NCBI GenBank assembly: GCA_001800815.1
Contig: MGWC01000001.1
Location: forward strand, 54,431-118,430
Length of the DNA stretch: 64,000 nt
Source of the DNA: Euryarchaeota archaeon RBG_19FT_COMBO_56_21
Lineage (GTDB): Archaea > Thermoplasmatota > Thermoplasmata > UBA10834
Direction of reading: 5' to 3'
Shown here: in pieces, positions 36,065 through 45,027 of the stretch
Position numbering within the stretch: the stretch's first letter is position 1
How the letters are laid out: the number at the start of each line of letters is the position of its first letter
Notes under the pieces: generated by a model
Database searches by the model: none
What the model saw: the letters and a program-made list of their open reading frames with translations, nothing else
Told to the model about the DNA's origin: nothing
Translations under genes and position numbers: made by a program

Positions 36065-37300
36065 ATGATGCCGATCCTGGTAATCGGAGGGGGACCAGCG
36101 GGGGTGACCGCTGCGAAATCCCTCGTTGACAAGGGTGGAGAAGTCGTCCTGGTTGAGAAGACCGACTCGCTTGGCGGAAGAGCTCGAGAGTGGACCTGCA
36201 AGGGACTAGTAGAGTGCAGGAACTGCGGTGTGTGCTATGCCATCGACCGTGCTGCGGAGCTGTTGACACAACCATCCGTTGAGGTGTTGCTGCTCTCGAA
36301 CGTGACCTTCGCGCAGAAGAGCGAGGAAGGATTCTCAGTCAAGATCAAGAGCTCTCCAAGATACGTCACGGACGATTGCATCGGATGCGGCAAGTGCGTT
36401 GCGGTCTGTCCCGTGGATGGCAAGGCGGTCTTTCCTCCAACCGGCAGCGGACAGCCCCGAGTGCACTGGATAGACCGGGACAAGTGCTTGCACTTCAAGA
36501 AAGGCAAGTGTAGCGCATGTGCAGAAATCTGTCCGACAGGCGCAGTTGACTACGAGGACCGCGCTCGCAATATCACAAGGAACGTGGCCGCCGTTGTCTA
36601 TGCGACCGGAATCGAACCCATCGAGGCCTGCGAGATGAACAGGCTTGGTTGCGGCCGATACCCCAACGTGATCTCCAGCGTAGACGCGGAGAAGACACTC
36701 AACGAGAAGGGTAGGCTGGCGAGACCATCGGATGGCAAGGCCCCGAAGAAGATAGCGATCATCCAGTGCGTCGGCTCCCGGTCTGTCAAGGTCGGAGTTG
36801 AGTACTGCTCGAAGTTCTGCTGCAAGTACGCAACCAAGATCTCGCAACTGTTGCTTGATATCGACCCAGAGGTCAACTTGGACTTCTACTTCATGGATCT
36901 TAGGACGCTCTATGAACCCCAAGACGAATTCAAAGTCTGGGCCAAGGCGAAGAAGACCGTGAAGTTGATCAGGAGCATGCCAGCGGTCATCTTCGATAGG
37001 CCCGACACCGGCAATCTGTTGGTCAGAGTGGCCAGCGAAACGGATCTGGAAATTCACGAGAGCGAATACGATCTCGTTATTCTCTCAGTTGGGATGCGCC
37101 CACACGACGCGACGGGTGACATCGCGAAGTCACTAGGAATCAACGCCGACCAGATGGGGTTCGCGGCAACCACGTCCGACCTAGAGAAGAGCGGAGTGTA
37201 TGTCTGCGGCGCGGTGACGCAACCGATGGACATTGAGGAAACTGCAGTGCGAGCGATGGCAATCGCATCCAAAATCAAGACCAGGGAGGGTGGCACATGA
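36065..37300 (+). CDS. hdrA: HdrA-like flavoprotein, short form (QmoA-like), second paralog.
   Basis: GGGAGGG SD then ATG at 36065. LVIGGGPAGV FAD motif, an inserted ferredoxin (CIGCGKCVAVCP, CSACAEICPTGA), and IIQCVGSRS...YCSKFCC. Confidence 0.75.
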   Translation: MMPILVIGGGPAGVTAAKSLVDKGGEVVLVEKTDSLGGRAREWTCKGLVECRNCGVCYAIDRAAELLTQPSVEVLLLSNVTFAQKSEEGFSVKIKSSPRYVTDDCIGCGKCVAVCPVDGKAVFPPTGSGQPRVHWIDRDKCLHFKKGKCSACAEICPTGAVDYEDRARNITRNVAAVVYATGIEPIEACEMNRLGCGRYPNVISSVDAEKTLNEKGRLARPSDGKAPKKIAIIQCVGSRSVKVGVEYCSKFCCKYATKISQLLLDIDPEVNLDFYFMDLRTLYEPQDEFKVWAKAKKTVKLIRSMPAVIFDRPDTGNLLVRVASETDLEIHESEYDLVILSVGMRPHDATGDIAKSLGINADQMGFAATTSDLEKSGVYVCGAVTQPMDIEETAVRAMAIASKIKTREGGT

Positions 37301-38874
37301 ACGCTAAGATCCAGGTCGTCCTGTGCAAGTGCTGCTCCGAGATGCCGAAGCTACTCAATATCGCCAGACTCGAAAAGCTCGCCTCGGAGAGCGGGAATGT
37401 CCTCTCTGTAATGACTCTCGACGGACTCTGTGACGGAAAGGAACTCACGCAAATCGTCGCCGAGGCCAGGGCAAAGGAGATAGACAGGGCAATCGTCCTC
37501 GCATGTCAGAAGAAGGATGTCAGCCCAGCCCTGATCAAGGCCTATAGGCGGGCCGGAGTCAACGAGTACTTGGTGGGAATCGTTAACATCCGCGAGGAGG
37601 TCGTCCTGCCCCACACCGCGGAGCCAGAAAGGGCTCAGACTAAGGCCGAGACGAAGCTCCTGGCAGCTATTGCGCGCTCTCGATTGCTGCAGCCACTGGA
37701 GCGCTCGTCGGAGGACATGAAGACAAGGAACGTGGTCATAGTAGGCGGCGGGGTCGCTGGCCAGGCTGCAGCGAGAGAGGCGGCCAAGTATGGTGTGCAC
37801 ACGATCATCCTGGAGAAGACGGGGAAATCAATCACTGCTCCTGGAGTCGTCATGCCCCGTGCTAGGCTGATCGGAGGCAAGGGATACGGCGGCAACTTCG
37901 AGCTAAGAATCAAGGTAGGCGAGAGCGTCGAGGACCTCGGAGCTGCAAGCATCGTCGTCGCATCTGGTGGTGGTTGGGCGACGCTCAAGGGAGCGCTCGC
38001 GAAGACCGTCAAGGGGGCACTGCCTCTCTATGAGTTCTACCAGAAGCTGCAGTTGGACCAGGTTCCTGCCGGAACGGTTGTGTTCATGGATACCCCGGAT
38101 CCGGCCGGAAAGACGCTCAAGGTCCAGGACTTCGCCTGGGACGATACCCTTGAGACGGCTATCGAGTTGAAGAAGAAGCGCCCGGACACGGCGGTCTTCG
38201 TAGTCTTCCAGGAGATGAGGGCTTCCGGGCTGTCTGAGCTGGCGTACAAGGAGGCTGCTGAGATCGGGGTGAAGTTCGTGAGGTACGACAGGAGCGCGAC
38301 CCCGAAGGTCGACCCCAAGGATCCGACAGTGCTCACTGTCAAGGATTTGTCTCAAGGCGAAGTGCTCAAGATCAAGCTGGGAGCCATGGTGTTTGCATCA
38401 ATACCGGCGAGCCAGGACAACCAGATCATTGCTGAAGCTCTGAGGATACCGATGTCCCCAGATGGAGGCATAAGACGAGGCAGTATTCAGAGAGGCCCCG
38501 TCTCCACTCCAAAGCCAGGCGTGTTCGTCTGTGGCTCGGCACTTTTCCCGAAGTCCCGGGATGTTGCCGCTGCTGAGGGAGAAGCGGCGGGCAAGATGGC
38601 AGGTGAGTTTGCGGCCAGGGGCAGCATCGAATACGGAGGCATCGTCGCGCAAGTGACTCAAGAGAAGTGCTCCGCCTGCTTGACCTGCGTCCGCACTTGT
38701 CCGTACGAGGCGCCCTTCATAGGGACTGCCACAAAGGCAGAGATACGGGTGCAAGCCTGCCAAGGCTGCGGTATGTGCGTTGGCATCTGCCCCAGCAAAG
38801 CGATAGAGCTGCTTAACTACACAGATGATCAAATCATGACGGAATCGAAGACGCTGCTCGGAGGTGACTTCTGA
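37297..38874 (+). CDS. hdrA: HdrA-like flavoprotein, long form, second paralog.
   Basis: ATGA overlap with the upstream stop. VVLCKCCSE N-domain, VVIVGGGVAGQ FAD motif, and C-terminal CSACLTCVRTCP and CQGCGMCVGICP. Confidence 0.75.
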   Translation: MNAKIQVVLCKCCSEMPKLLNIARLEKLASESGNVLSVMTLDGLCDGKELTQIVAEARAKEIDRAIVLACQKKDVSPALIKAYRRAGVNEYLVGIVNIREEVVLPHTAEPERAQTKAETKLLAAIARSRLLQPLERSSEDMKTRNVVIVGGGVAGQAAAREAAKYGVHTIILEKTGKSITAPGVVMPRARLIGGKGYGGNFELRIKVGESVEDLGAASIVVASGGGWATLKGALAKTVKGALPLYEFYQKLQLDQVPAGTVVFMDTPDPAGKTLKVQDFAWDDTLETAIELKKKRPDTAVFVVFQEMRASGLSELAYKEAAEIGVKFVRYDRSATPKVDPKDPTVLTVKDLSQGEVLKIKLGAMVFASIPASQDNQIIAEALRIPMSPDGGIRRGSIQRGPVSTPKPGVFVCGSALFPKSRDVAAAEGEAAGKMAGEFAARGSIEYGGIVAQVTQEKCSACLTCVRTCPYEAPFIGTATKAEIRVQACQGCGMCVGICPSKAIELLNYTDDQIMTESKTLLGGDF

Positions 38875-39287
38875 TGACGGAGCCGAGACCGAAGATTGTC
38901 GGCTTCTGCTGCGAGAGACACGGGATGGACGCGGTGGTGCTCGCGGCGAGGAGTGGGAAGCAATTCGAGGTTAGCGTTAGGCTTGTTCAGGTTCCGTGCA
39001 CTGGGAGAGTCGACGGGATGCACATATTGAGGTCGCTCGAGGAGGGGGCAGACGCCGTTTTCGTCCTCGGATGCCTTGAAAAGAACTGCTACTACGATAC
39101 TGGCTCGATTGAGGGGAGGAAGCGCGTCGGCTACGTGAAGCAGATGCTTTCCGAGCTGGGGCTGGAGAAAGAACGCGTAGAGATGTTCAATGCTGCCTCT
39201 TCGAATTCATGGGTCTTCCCTGAGATTGTTGCGAAGATGGTCGAGGTCGTCAGGAAATTCGGTCCCGTCGGAGGTGAGAAGAGATGA
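38874..39287 (+). CDS. mvhD: MvhD-like [2Fe-2S] electron-transfer protein, second paralog.
   Basis: TGATG overlap with the upstream stop. FCCERHG...LGCLEKNCYY resembles the MvhD cysteine pattern. Confidence 0.7.
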   Translation: MTEPRPKIVGFCCERHGMDAVVLAARSGKQFEVSVRLVQVPCTGRVDGMHILRSLEEGADAVFVLGCLEKNCYYDTGSIEGRKRVGYVKQMLSELGLEKERVEMFNAASSNSWVFPEIVAKMVEVVRKFGPVGGEKR

Positions 39288-39985
39288 TAGTGGCGAAGAG
39301 GAAGCCTCTGAACGAGATCGCGGAGATGCTGGCACCCTACAAGAAAGTGACAATCATCGGATGCAGGAGCTGCGTCGCGATATGTCTCGCGGGCGGGGAG
39401 AAAGAAGTCAAGATGCTGGTGTCGGCGCTCAAGATCAAGAACAAGCGAGACGGCAGGAAGCAACAGATCGAGGGGACAGTCGTCGAGAGACAATGCGAGA
39501 AGGAGTGGGTCCAGGAGATCGAGGACGAGATACTCGACTCCGACGTGACTCTGTCAATGGCATGTTCGCTGGGTGCCCAGACGATCGGCGACATGTATCC
39601 CAAACATCTCACCTTCCCGGGTCTGAACACTGGCATTTTTGGAGTGCCTGAAGAGCAGGGCGTATGGTCGGAGAATTGTGTGGGCTGCGGAAACTGCATC
39701 ATCCACACGACGGGAGGCATTTGCCCAATCGCGAGGTGCGCGAAGAGCATGTTGAACGGTCCATGCGGGGGCTCCGCGAACAGAAAGTGCGAGGTAAACC
39801 TCGAGGTAGACTGCGCATGGTCTGCCATATATGATAGATTGAAGCTGCAGAACCGGTTGGATCTCATCGAGTCGGTCACACCAGCGAAGGACTGGTCCGC
39901 TAGCCATTCGGGCGGGAGGCGCGTAATCGTGAGAGAAGACGCCAAGCTCACCCAGCACCAGAAGAAGGGCAAGGGGGTGACGTGA
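39284..39985 (+). CDS. metV: Methylene-THF reductase small/zinc-ribbon subunit (MetV-like).
   Basis: ATGA overlap with the upstream stop. Cys-rich (GCRSCVAICLAGG; CVGCGNC...C..C). Sits directly upstream of and coupled to metF, as in acetogen metVF. Confidence 0.6.
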   Translation: MIVAKRKPLNEIAEMLAPYKKVTIIGCRSCVAICLAGGEKEVKMLVSALKIKNKRDGRKQQIEGTVVERQCEKEWVQEIEDEILDSDVTLSMACSLGAQTIGDMYPKHLTFPGLNTGIFGVPEEQGVWSENCVGCGNCIIHTTGGICPIARCAKSMLNGPCGGSANRKCEVNLEVDCAWSAIYDRLKLQNRLDLIESVTPAKDWSASHSGGRRVIVREDAKLTQHQKKGKGVT

Positions 39986-40908
39986 TGAAGGCTGGGAGTA
40001 ACCTCGAGAAGGTGTTCGAGTCCGGGCAGTTCGCCGTCACCGCGGAAATCGGCCCTCCTCAGTCTGCGAATCCAGCGCCTCTCACGCATCACGCAAAGAT
40101 GCTCAAGGGCTACGCCGATGCCTTCAACTTGACTGACAACCAGACAGCGGTGGTTAGGTTATCTAGCATAGCTAGCGCCGTCATCATCATGCGGGAGGGT
40201 GTTGAGCCCGTGATCCAGATGACCTGCAGGGACAGGAACAGGATTGCCCTCCAGAGCGATCTGTTGGGCGCAGCTGCGCTAGGCGTGAAGAACGTTCTCT
40301 GCCTCACTGGAGACCATCAAACCTTCGGCAACGAGAAGGGCGCGAAGAACGTGTTCGACTTCGATTCTATTGTCGAGCTTCAGGTCTTCAACCAGCTGAG
40401 AATCCAGGGCAAGCAGGTCGGCGGGGAGGTCCTCAAGGATCCGCCGAAGACTTACCTTGGATGCGCTGAGAACCCGTTCGCGACTCCTTATGAGTTCAGG
40501 GCCTTCAGGCTCGCCAAGAAGGTCGTAGCGGGGGCAGACTTCTGCCAAACCCAGGCGATATTCGACATGGACATGTTCGAGATGTGGATGGACGAGGTCA
40601 GGGCACGTGGTTTGGACAAGAAGATACACATCCTTGCAGGCGTGATCCCGATGAAGTCGGCAGGCGCTGCCCGGTACATGAAGAACAAGGTCCCAGGGAT
40701 GATAGTCCCCGATCACATCGTGGACCGAATGAAAGGCGCCAAAGACGCCAAGGAAGAAGGGATCAAGCTGTGCGTTGAGCAGATAGAGCACCTGAAGAAT
40801 GTGAAGGGAGTGCATGGGGTCCACATCATGGCGGTGGCATGGGAAGAGATGGTCCCAAGGATTGTCGAGATGGCGGGATTGCTACCACGCCCGAATTTCG
40901 AATCGTAG
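39985..40908 (+). CDS. metF: 5,10-methylene-THF reductase catalytic subunit.
   Basis: GTGATG overlap with the metV stop. MTHFR TIM-barrel family (LTDNQTAVVRLSS, VLCLTGDH). Confidence 0.8.
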   Translation: MKAGSNLEKVFESGQFAVTAEIGPPQSANPAPLTHHAKMLKGYADAFNLTDNQTAVVRLSSIASAVIIMREGVEPVIQMTCRDRNRIALQSDLLGAAALGVKNVLCLTGDHQTFGNEKGAKNVFDFDSIVELQVFNQLRIQGKQVGGEVLKDPPKTYLGCAENPFATPYEFRAFRLAKKVVAGADFCQTQAIFDMDMFEMWMDEVRARGLDKKIHILAGVIPMKSAGAARYMKNKVPGMIVPDHIVDRMKGAKDAKEEGIKLCVEQIEHLKNVKGVHGVHIMAVAWEEMVPRIVEMAGLLPRPNFES

Positions 40909-40956
40909 CCCCGCAATCATCATGCACAATGAAAGCATTCAGCCACTTGTGATAGT

Positions 40957-42609
40957 ATGGCCTCCAAGAAGTTCGATGATCTGAACGAGGAGATGCTCAA
41001 GGAGTACCTCAAGATCAACCCAGATATCGCCACTGGTATGGGGATTCACGTGCCCTATGATTGGCAGCTCCCGAACGGTGGGTTCAAGAAACTCGAGGAT
41101 ACGCGGAATCTCCTGACCTTTTGGCACACAAAGGTCAAGGAGCTCGAATCCTCTGAAGAACTAAGCCTAGAGCAGAAAATCTCGATAAAGAATCTCAAGT
41201 ACGCTATCGATTTTCATGAGTTCTCGCTTGTGGACTATCCTCACTGGAAGATGAACCCGAACGCTATCGACATGCCGGGGGCGCTCTTCTTCATCATGCT
41301 GACGAGGGACTATGCACCCTTCGACCAGCGAGTGAGTGCGATCAACTCTCGACTGATGCGACTGCCGAAGTATCTGAAGGAGTATGAATCCAGATTCCAG
41401 GATGCCAAGCCGGTCAAGGAATGGACAAGGATGGCAATCACGTCGACCGAGCAATTCCCAGGGTTTCTGAAATTCATAGAAGAAGCCGCCAGAGGAAAGG
41501 TCCACGAAAGTCTGATGGAAGACCTAACGAAGAGCGTCAGGGCGGCCGAGGCCGCGGTCAAGGAGCACCTGGACTGGCTTAACAAGCTCCCGGACAAACC
41601 TGGCATCAAGTTCGCCATGGGGAAGAGGAAATTCTCCAAGCTGATGAAGATGCGAGGATTCGGGCTGACGCCAGAGGCCATCCTCGGTCTAGGGGAGAAA
41701 TACCTAAAGGAGTTCAAGGAAGAGCGGGAAAGGGTTGCCGAGAGGATAGCGCCAGGCAAAGGCATCGAGGGGGCGACCGAGATCGTCAGGAGCCATTGCG
41801 GCAAGACCTTCGAGGACGCGCTCAAGATGACAGAAGACGAGATGAACAACGCAAAGAAATTCATCGTCGATCACAATCTCGCGACAATTGATCATGGTGC
41901 GAAACTCATGATTGTCGAGACGCCCTCGTTCATGGCACGACTCCTTCCATACGCTGCCCTTTTCATGCCGGCCATGTTCGACAAGGTCCAGGAAGGGGCG
42001 TACATCGTCACGAGACCAAAGGACCCCAAGGACCTCGGAAGCCACCTCAACCATGCAGCTATCGTCAACACGGCCGTGCACGAAGCATATCCGGGCCATT
42101 TCCACCAAGGTGTTGCTTCAAACAAGAAGCATTGGATGCTGCAGATAGCGGGCGGTGCGGACGCGGACATTGTAGGGGTCGCGACCGAGACCGTCGAGGG
42201 CTGGGCGCATTACTGCGAGCAGATGATGATCAACCACGGCTTCGAGGCGACCAACGAAGCAGCGTTCGAGATGCTGAACGGGGCGATCTGGAGAGCCTGC
42301 AGGATAGTAGCAGATGTGAAGCTCGCTCAGGGAGAAGCGACAATCCAGGAGATGGCCGACTGGATCGTCAAGGAAACCGGCATGGCACAGGGAGCGACCG
42401 AGGATGAGGTCAGGCGGTATTCACAGACTCCAGGTCAGGCACTCTCCTACATGATCGGCAGACATCTGATCCTCGACCTAAGAAAGGATATGGAGAATAA
42501 ACTAGGAAGCAGGTTCGACGAGAAGAGGTTCCACGACCTCGTCGCGGGTTACGGATACTTGCCGTTCCCGCTGATGAAAGAGGCAGTGACTTCCGAGCTT
42601 GGAATCTAG
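40957..42609 (+). CDS. DUF885-family protein (putative metallopeptidase-like, HEAYPGHFHQ motif).
   Basis: ATG start, ~550 aa. The HExxH-like HEAYPGH motif and overall length are typical of DUF885. Confidence 0.45.
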   Translation: MASKKFDDLNEEMLKEYLKINPDIATGMGIHVPYDWQLPNGGFKKLEDTRNLLTFWHTKVKELESSEELSLEQKISIKNLKYAIDFHEFSLVDYPHWKMNPNAIDMPGALFFIMLTRDYAPFDQRVSAINSRLMRLPKYLKEYESRFQDAKPVKEWTRMAITSTEQFPGFLKFIEEAARGKVHESLMEDLTKSVRAAEAAVKEHLDWLNKLPDKPGIKFAMGKRKFSKLMKMRGFGLTPEAILGLGEKYLKEFKEERERVAERIAPGKGIEGATEIVRSHCGKTFEDALKMTEDEMNNAKKFIVDHNLATIDHGAKLMIVETPSFMARLLPYAALFMPAMFDKVQEGAYIVTRPKDPKDLGSHLNHAAIVNTAVHEAYPGHFHQGVASNKKHWMLQIAGGADADIVGVATETVEGWAHYCEQMMINHGFEATNEAAFEMLNGAIWRACRIVADVKLAQGEATIQEMADWIVKETGMAQGATEDEVRRYSQTPGQALSYMIGRHLILDLRKDMENKLGSRFDEKRFHDLVAGYGYLPFPLMKEAVTSELGI

Positions 42610-42714
42610 GGACCCTCTACGAAAACGGTTATATCTGACCGGGAGATAACCTGGTCGCATACCTTTTGCTACAAAGGGGAGAGATGCTCGAATAACACAC
42701 GGAGTGAATGATTC

Positions 42715-44271
42715 ATGAGCAAAGTGAAGAGAGCGTTAGTCAGCGTTTCCGACAAGACTGGCTTGGTAGAATTCTCCAAGGGTATGTCGGAGCTAGGTAT
42801 CGAGATCCTGTCGACTGGCGGGACCATGGCAGCACTGGAAAAGGCCAGCGTGCCCGTGATCGGCGTCTCTGAGGTCACGAAATTCCCGGAGATGCTGGAC
42901 GGGAGAGTGAAAACGCTTCACCCCGCGATACATGGAGGCATCCTTGCGATGAGGAGCAAGGACGAGCACATGGAAGCCATAAGAAAGCACGGAATCGAAC
43001 CGATAGATATGGTCGTCGTCAATCTGTATCCGTTCGAGGCAACTGTGGCGAAGCCAGGCGTGAAATTGGAGGACGCGGTTGAGAACATAGACATCGGCGG
43101 ACCATCCATGATAAGATCGGCTGCGAAGAACCACGCAGCGGTCGCGGTCGTCACTAGCTCCGCACAGTACGAACCTGTGCTGAAGGAGCTGAAGGAGAGC
43201 GACTGCCATCTGTCGGAAGAGACCAGGAAGATGCTCGCGTTGGAAGCATTCAGGGCGACGGCGAGATATGACTCAGCCATCGCGCTGTTCCTCGGGAAGA
43301 AGTTCTCACCAACTGACCTGTTCCCGAAGAACGTGACTCTGTCATTCGAGAAGCTGGGGGATTTGAGATACGGAGAGAACCCGCATCAGAAAGCGGCATT
43401 CTACAAGGACCTGTTTGACTGGACTCCGCTAAGCGTCGCTGCAGCCGAGAAGATGCACGGCAAGGAGATCTCGTTCTGCAACGTGATCGACCTCGATGCC
43501 GCGCTTGCGATAGTCTCCGATTTCGAGAAACCTACTGCTGCGGTGATCAAGCACACGAACCCATCCGGAGTGGCTTGTGCCGCGACTATTGCAGATGCTT
43601 TCCGAATCGCATACAACGCTGACTCTCTTAGCGCCTTCGGATGCGTCGTCGGACTGAACAGGCCAGTCGACCTCGAGACTGCGCAAGAAATCGGGAGCCA
43701 CTTCGTCGAAGCGGTCATCGCGCCTGCGTATGAACCGGATGCAGAGGACCATTTGGAGAAGAAGAAGAACATAAGACTGCTCAGAACCAACACCCCCATC
43801 AAGAGGGATAACGGGAGGCTCTACATGGTCAAGGTCAAAGGTGGACTCCTCATCCAGACAGATGCGTATGCGGACCTGGACAGGACGAAGCTGAAGGTTG
43901 TCACAAAGAAAGCTCCCGCGGATGATGAGGTCGATGCTATGGTCTTCGGGGTCAAGGTCGCTCGGCACATCAAGTCCAACACGATTCTCCTGGTCAAGGG
44001 AGAGAGGACCGTCGGCGTCGGTGCTGGCCAGATGAGCCGAGTGGACTCAACAAAGATAGCTGGCATGAAGGCTGGGTCGGAGGCGAAGGGCAGCGTGCTG
44101 ATCTCTGATGCGTTCTTCCCGTTCAGGGACGGAGTCGATGCAGCTGCGGCAGTAGGCGTCTCTGCGATCGTGCAACCTGGAGGATCCGTCAACGATGCGG
44201 AGGCCATTCAGGCGGCAGAAGAGCACGGTATCTCGATGGTATTCAGCGGTCTGCGACTGTTCAAGCACTGA
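42715..44271 (+). CDS. purH: Bifunctional AICAR formyltransferase / IMP cyclohydrolase.
   Basis: MGS-like N-terminal domain (ALVSVSDKTGLVEF...LSTGGT) followed by the AICARFT domain. Uses 10-formyl-THF. Confidence 0.85.
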   Translation: MSKVKRALVSVSDKTGLVEFSKGMSELGIEILSTGGTMAALEKASVPVIGVSEVTKFPEMLDGRVKTLHPAIHGGILAMRSKDEHMEAIRKHGIEPIDMVVVNLYPFEATVAKPGVKLEDAVENIDIGGPSMIRSAAKNHAAVAVVTSSAQYEPVLKELKESDCHLSEETRKMLALEAFRATARYDSAIALFLGKKFSPTDLFPKNVTLSFEKLGDLRYGENPHQKAAFYKDLFDWTPLSVAAAEKMHGKEISFCNVIDLDAALAIVSDFEKPTAAVIKHTNPSGVACAATIADAFRIAYNADSLSAFGCVVGLNRPVDLETAQEIGSHFVEAVIAPAYEPDAEDHLEKKKNIRLLRTNTPIKRDNGRLYMVKVKGGLLIQTDAYADLDRTKLKVVTKKAPADDEVDAMVFGVKVARHIKSNTILLVKGERTVGVGAGQMSRVDSTKIAGMKAGSEAKGSVLISDAFFPFRDGVDAAAAVGVSAIVQPGGSVNDAEAIQAAEEHGISMVFSGLRLFKH

Positions 44272-44325
44272 CCCGATATGACCGGAAAACCCTTTCCACC
44301 AATCCTTTTCCTGTTTCCTTCAGCG

Positions 44326-45009
44326 CTATCTCAGCTGTTCCCTGTTCCATCCGAGCACGGCGCTCTCATCTTCCTCTTTGTCCTCGATCTCGAACTCGAA
44401 TGGAACCCATTTCGGGGTGACGAGCACCCCTCTCAGATGGTTGATTCTGACGAACCGTCTGAAGTTCTCGTCGACTTTCATCTCGATCAATCCGTCGGCT
44501 ATCGAAACAAGGTCTGCGATTTGATCTTCATCAAGCATGCCCCTGTGGACCAGTGATGTCATGGAGCCGCTGAATCTCGCCATCGTGGAAAGATCCCTGA
44601 AGAAACGATTCACAGACTTCGAATCGTGGTGCTCGTAGAGGGAAGTCAGAGAATCAAACAGCATGCGGACTGGTCCTCCTCCCGATTTCTCGATGGCCTC
44701 GGTCACTGAATCGAAAATATCGGCCAGGTTGCCCGGGTCCTCCGGCCGGAGGGCGTTCGCGTCCGAGGAGTTGACCTCCGGCGGTGTATAGCAGTCGACG
44801 AGGGTCAGCGAGCTCTTACCCTGGTTGTCGTAAGCACATACGCCGAACATGTGTAGTTGCCGGTGGACATGTTCTGGAGACGTGTTGGCCTCGACGAAGA
44901 CCACCTTCTCTCCAGACTTCAGGTAGTTGGAGCACAAGTAGCAGCAGAACTCGAACATGCCTGCGTCAGGATCGCCCACGACAAGGACCGCGTAGTTCTC
45001 GGGGAACAT
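44326..45009 (-). CDS. KaiC/RecA-superfamily single-domain protein with a degenerate Walker A.
   Basis: RecA-like fold pattern, but the P-loop position reads VVGDPDAGMFE (no GKT/S). Directly downstream of the two-domain KaiC-like gene. Confidence 0.4.
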   Translation of the reverse strand: MFPENYAVLVVGDPDAGMFEFCCYLCSNYLKSGEKVVFVEANTSPEHVHRQLHMFGVCAYDNQGKSSLTLVDCYTPPEVNSSDANALRPEDPGNLADIFDSVTEAIEKSGGGPVRMLFDSLTSLYEHHDSKSVNRFFRDLSTMARFSGSMTSLVHRGMLDEDQIADLVSIADGLIEMKVDENFRRFVRINHLRGVLVTPKWVPFEFEIEDKEEDESAVLGWNREQLR

Positions 45010-45027
45010 GGTCCTCTCCCAGCCTGA

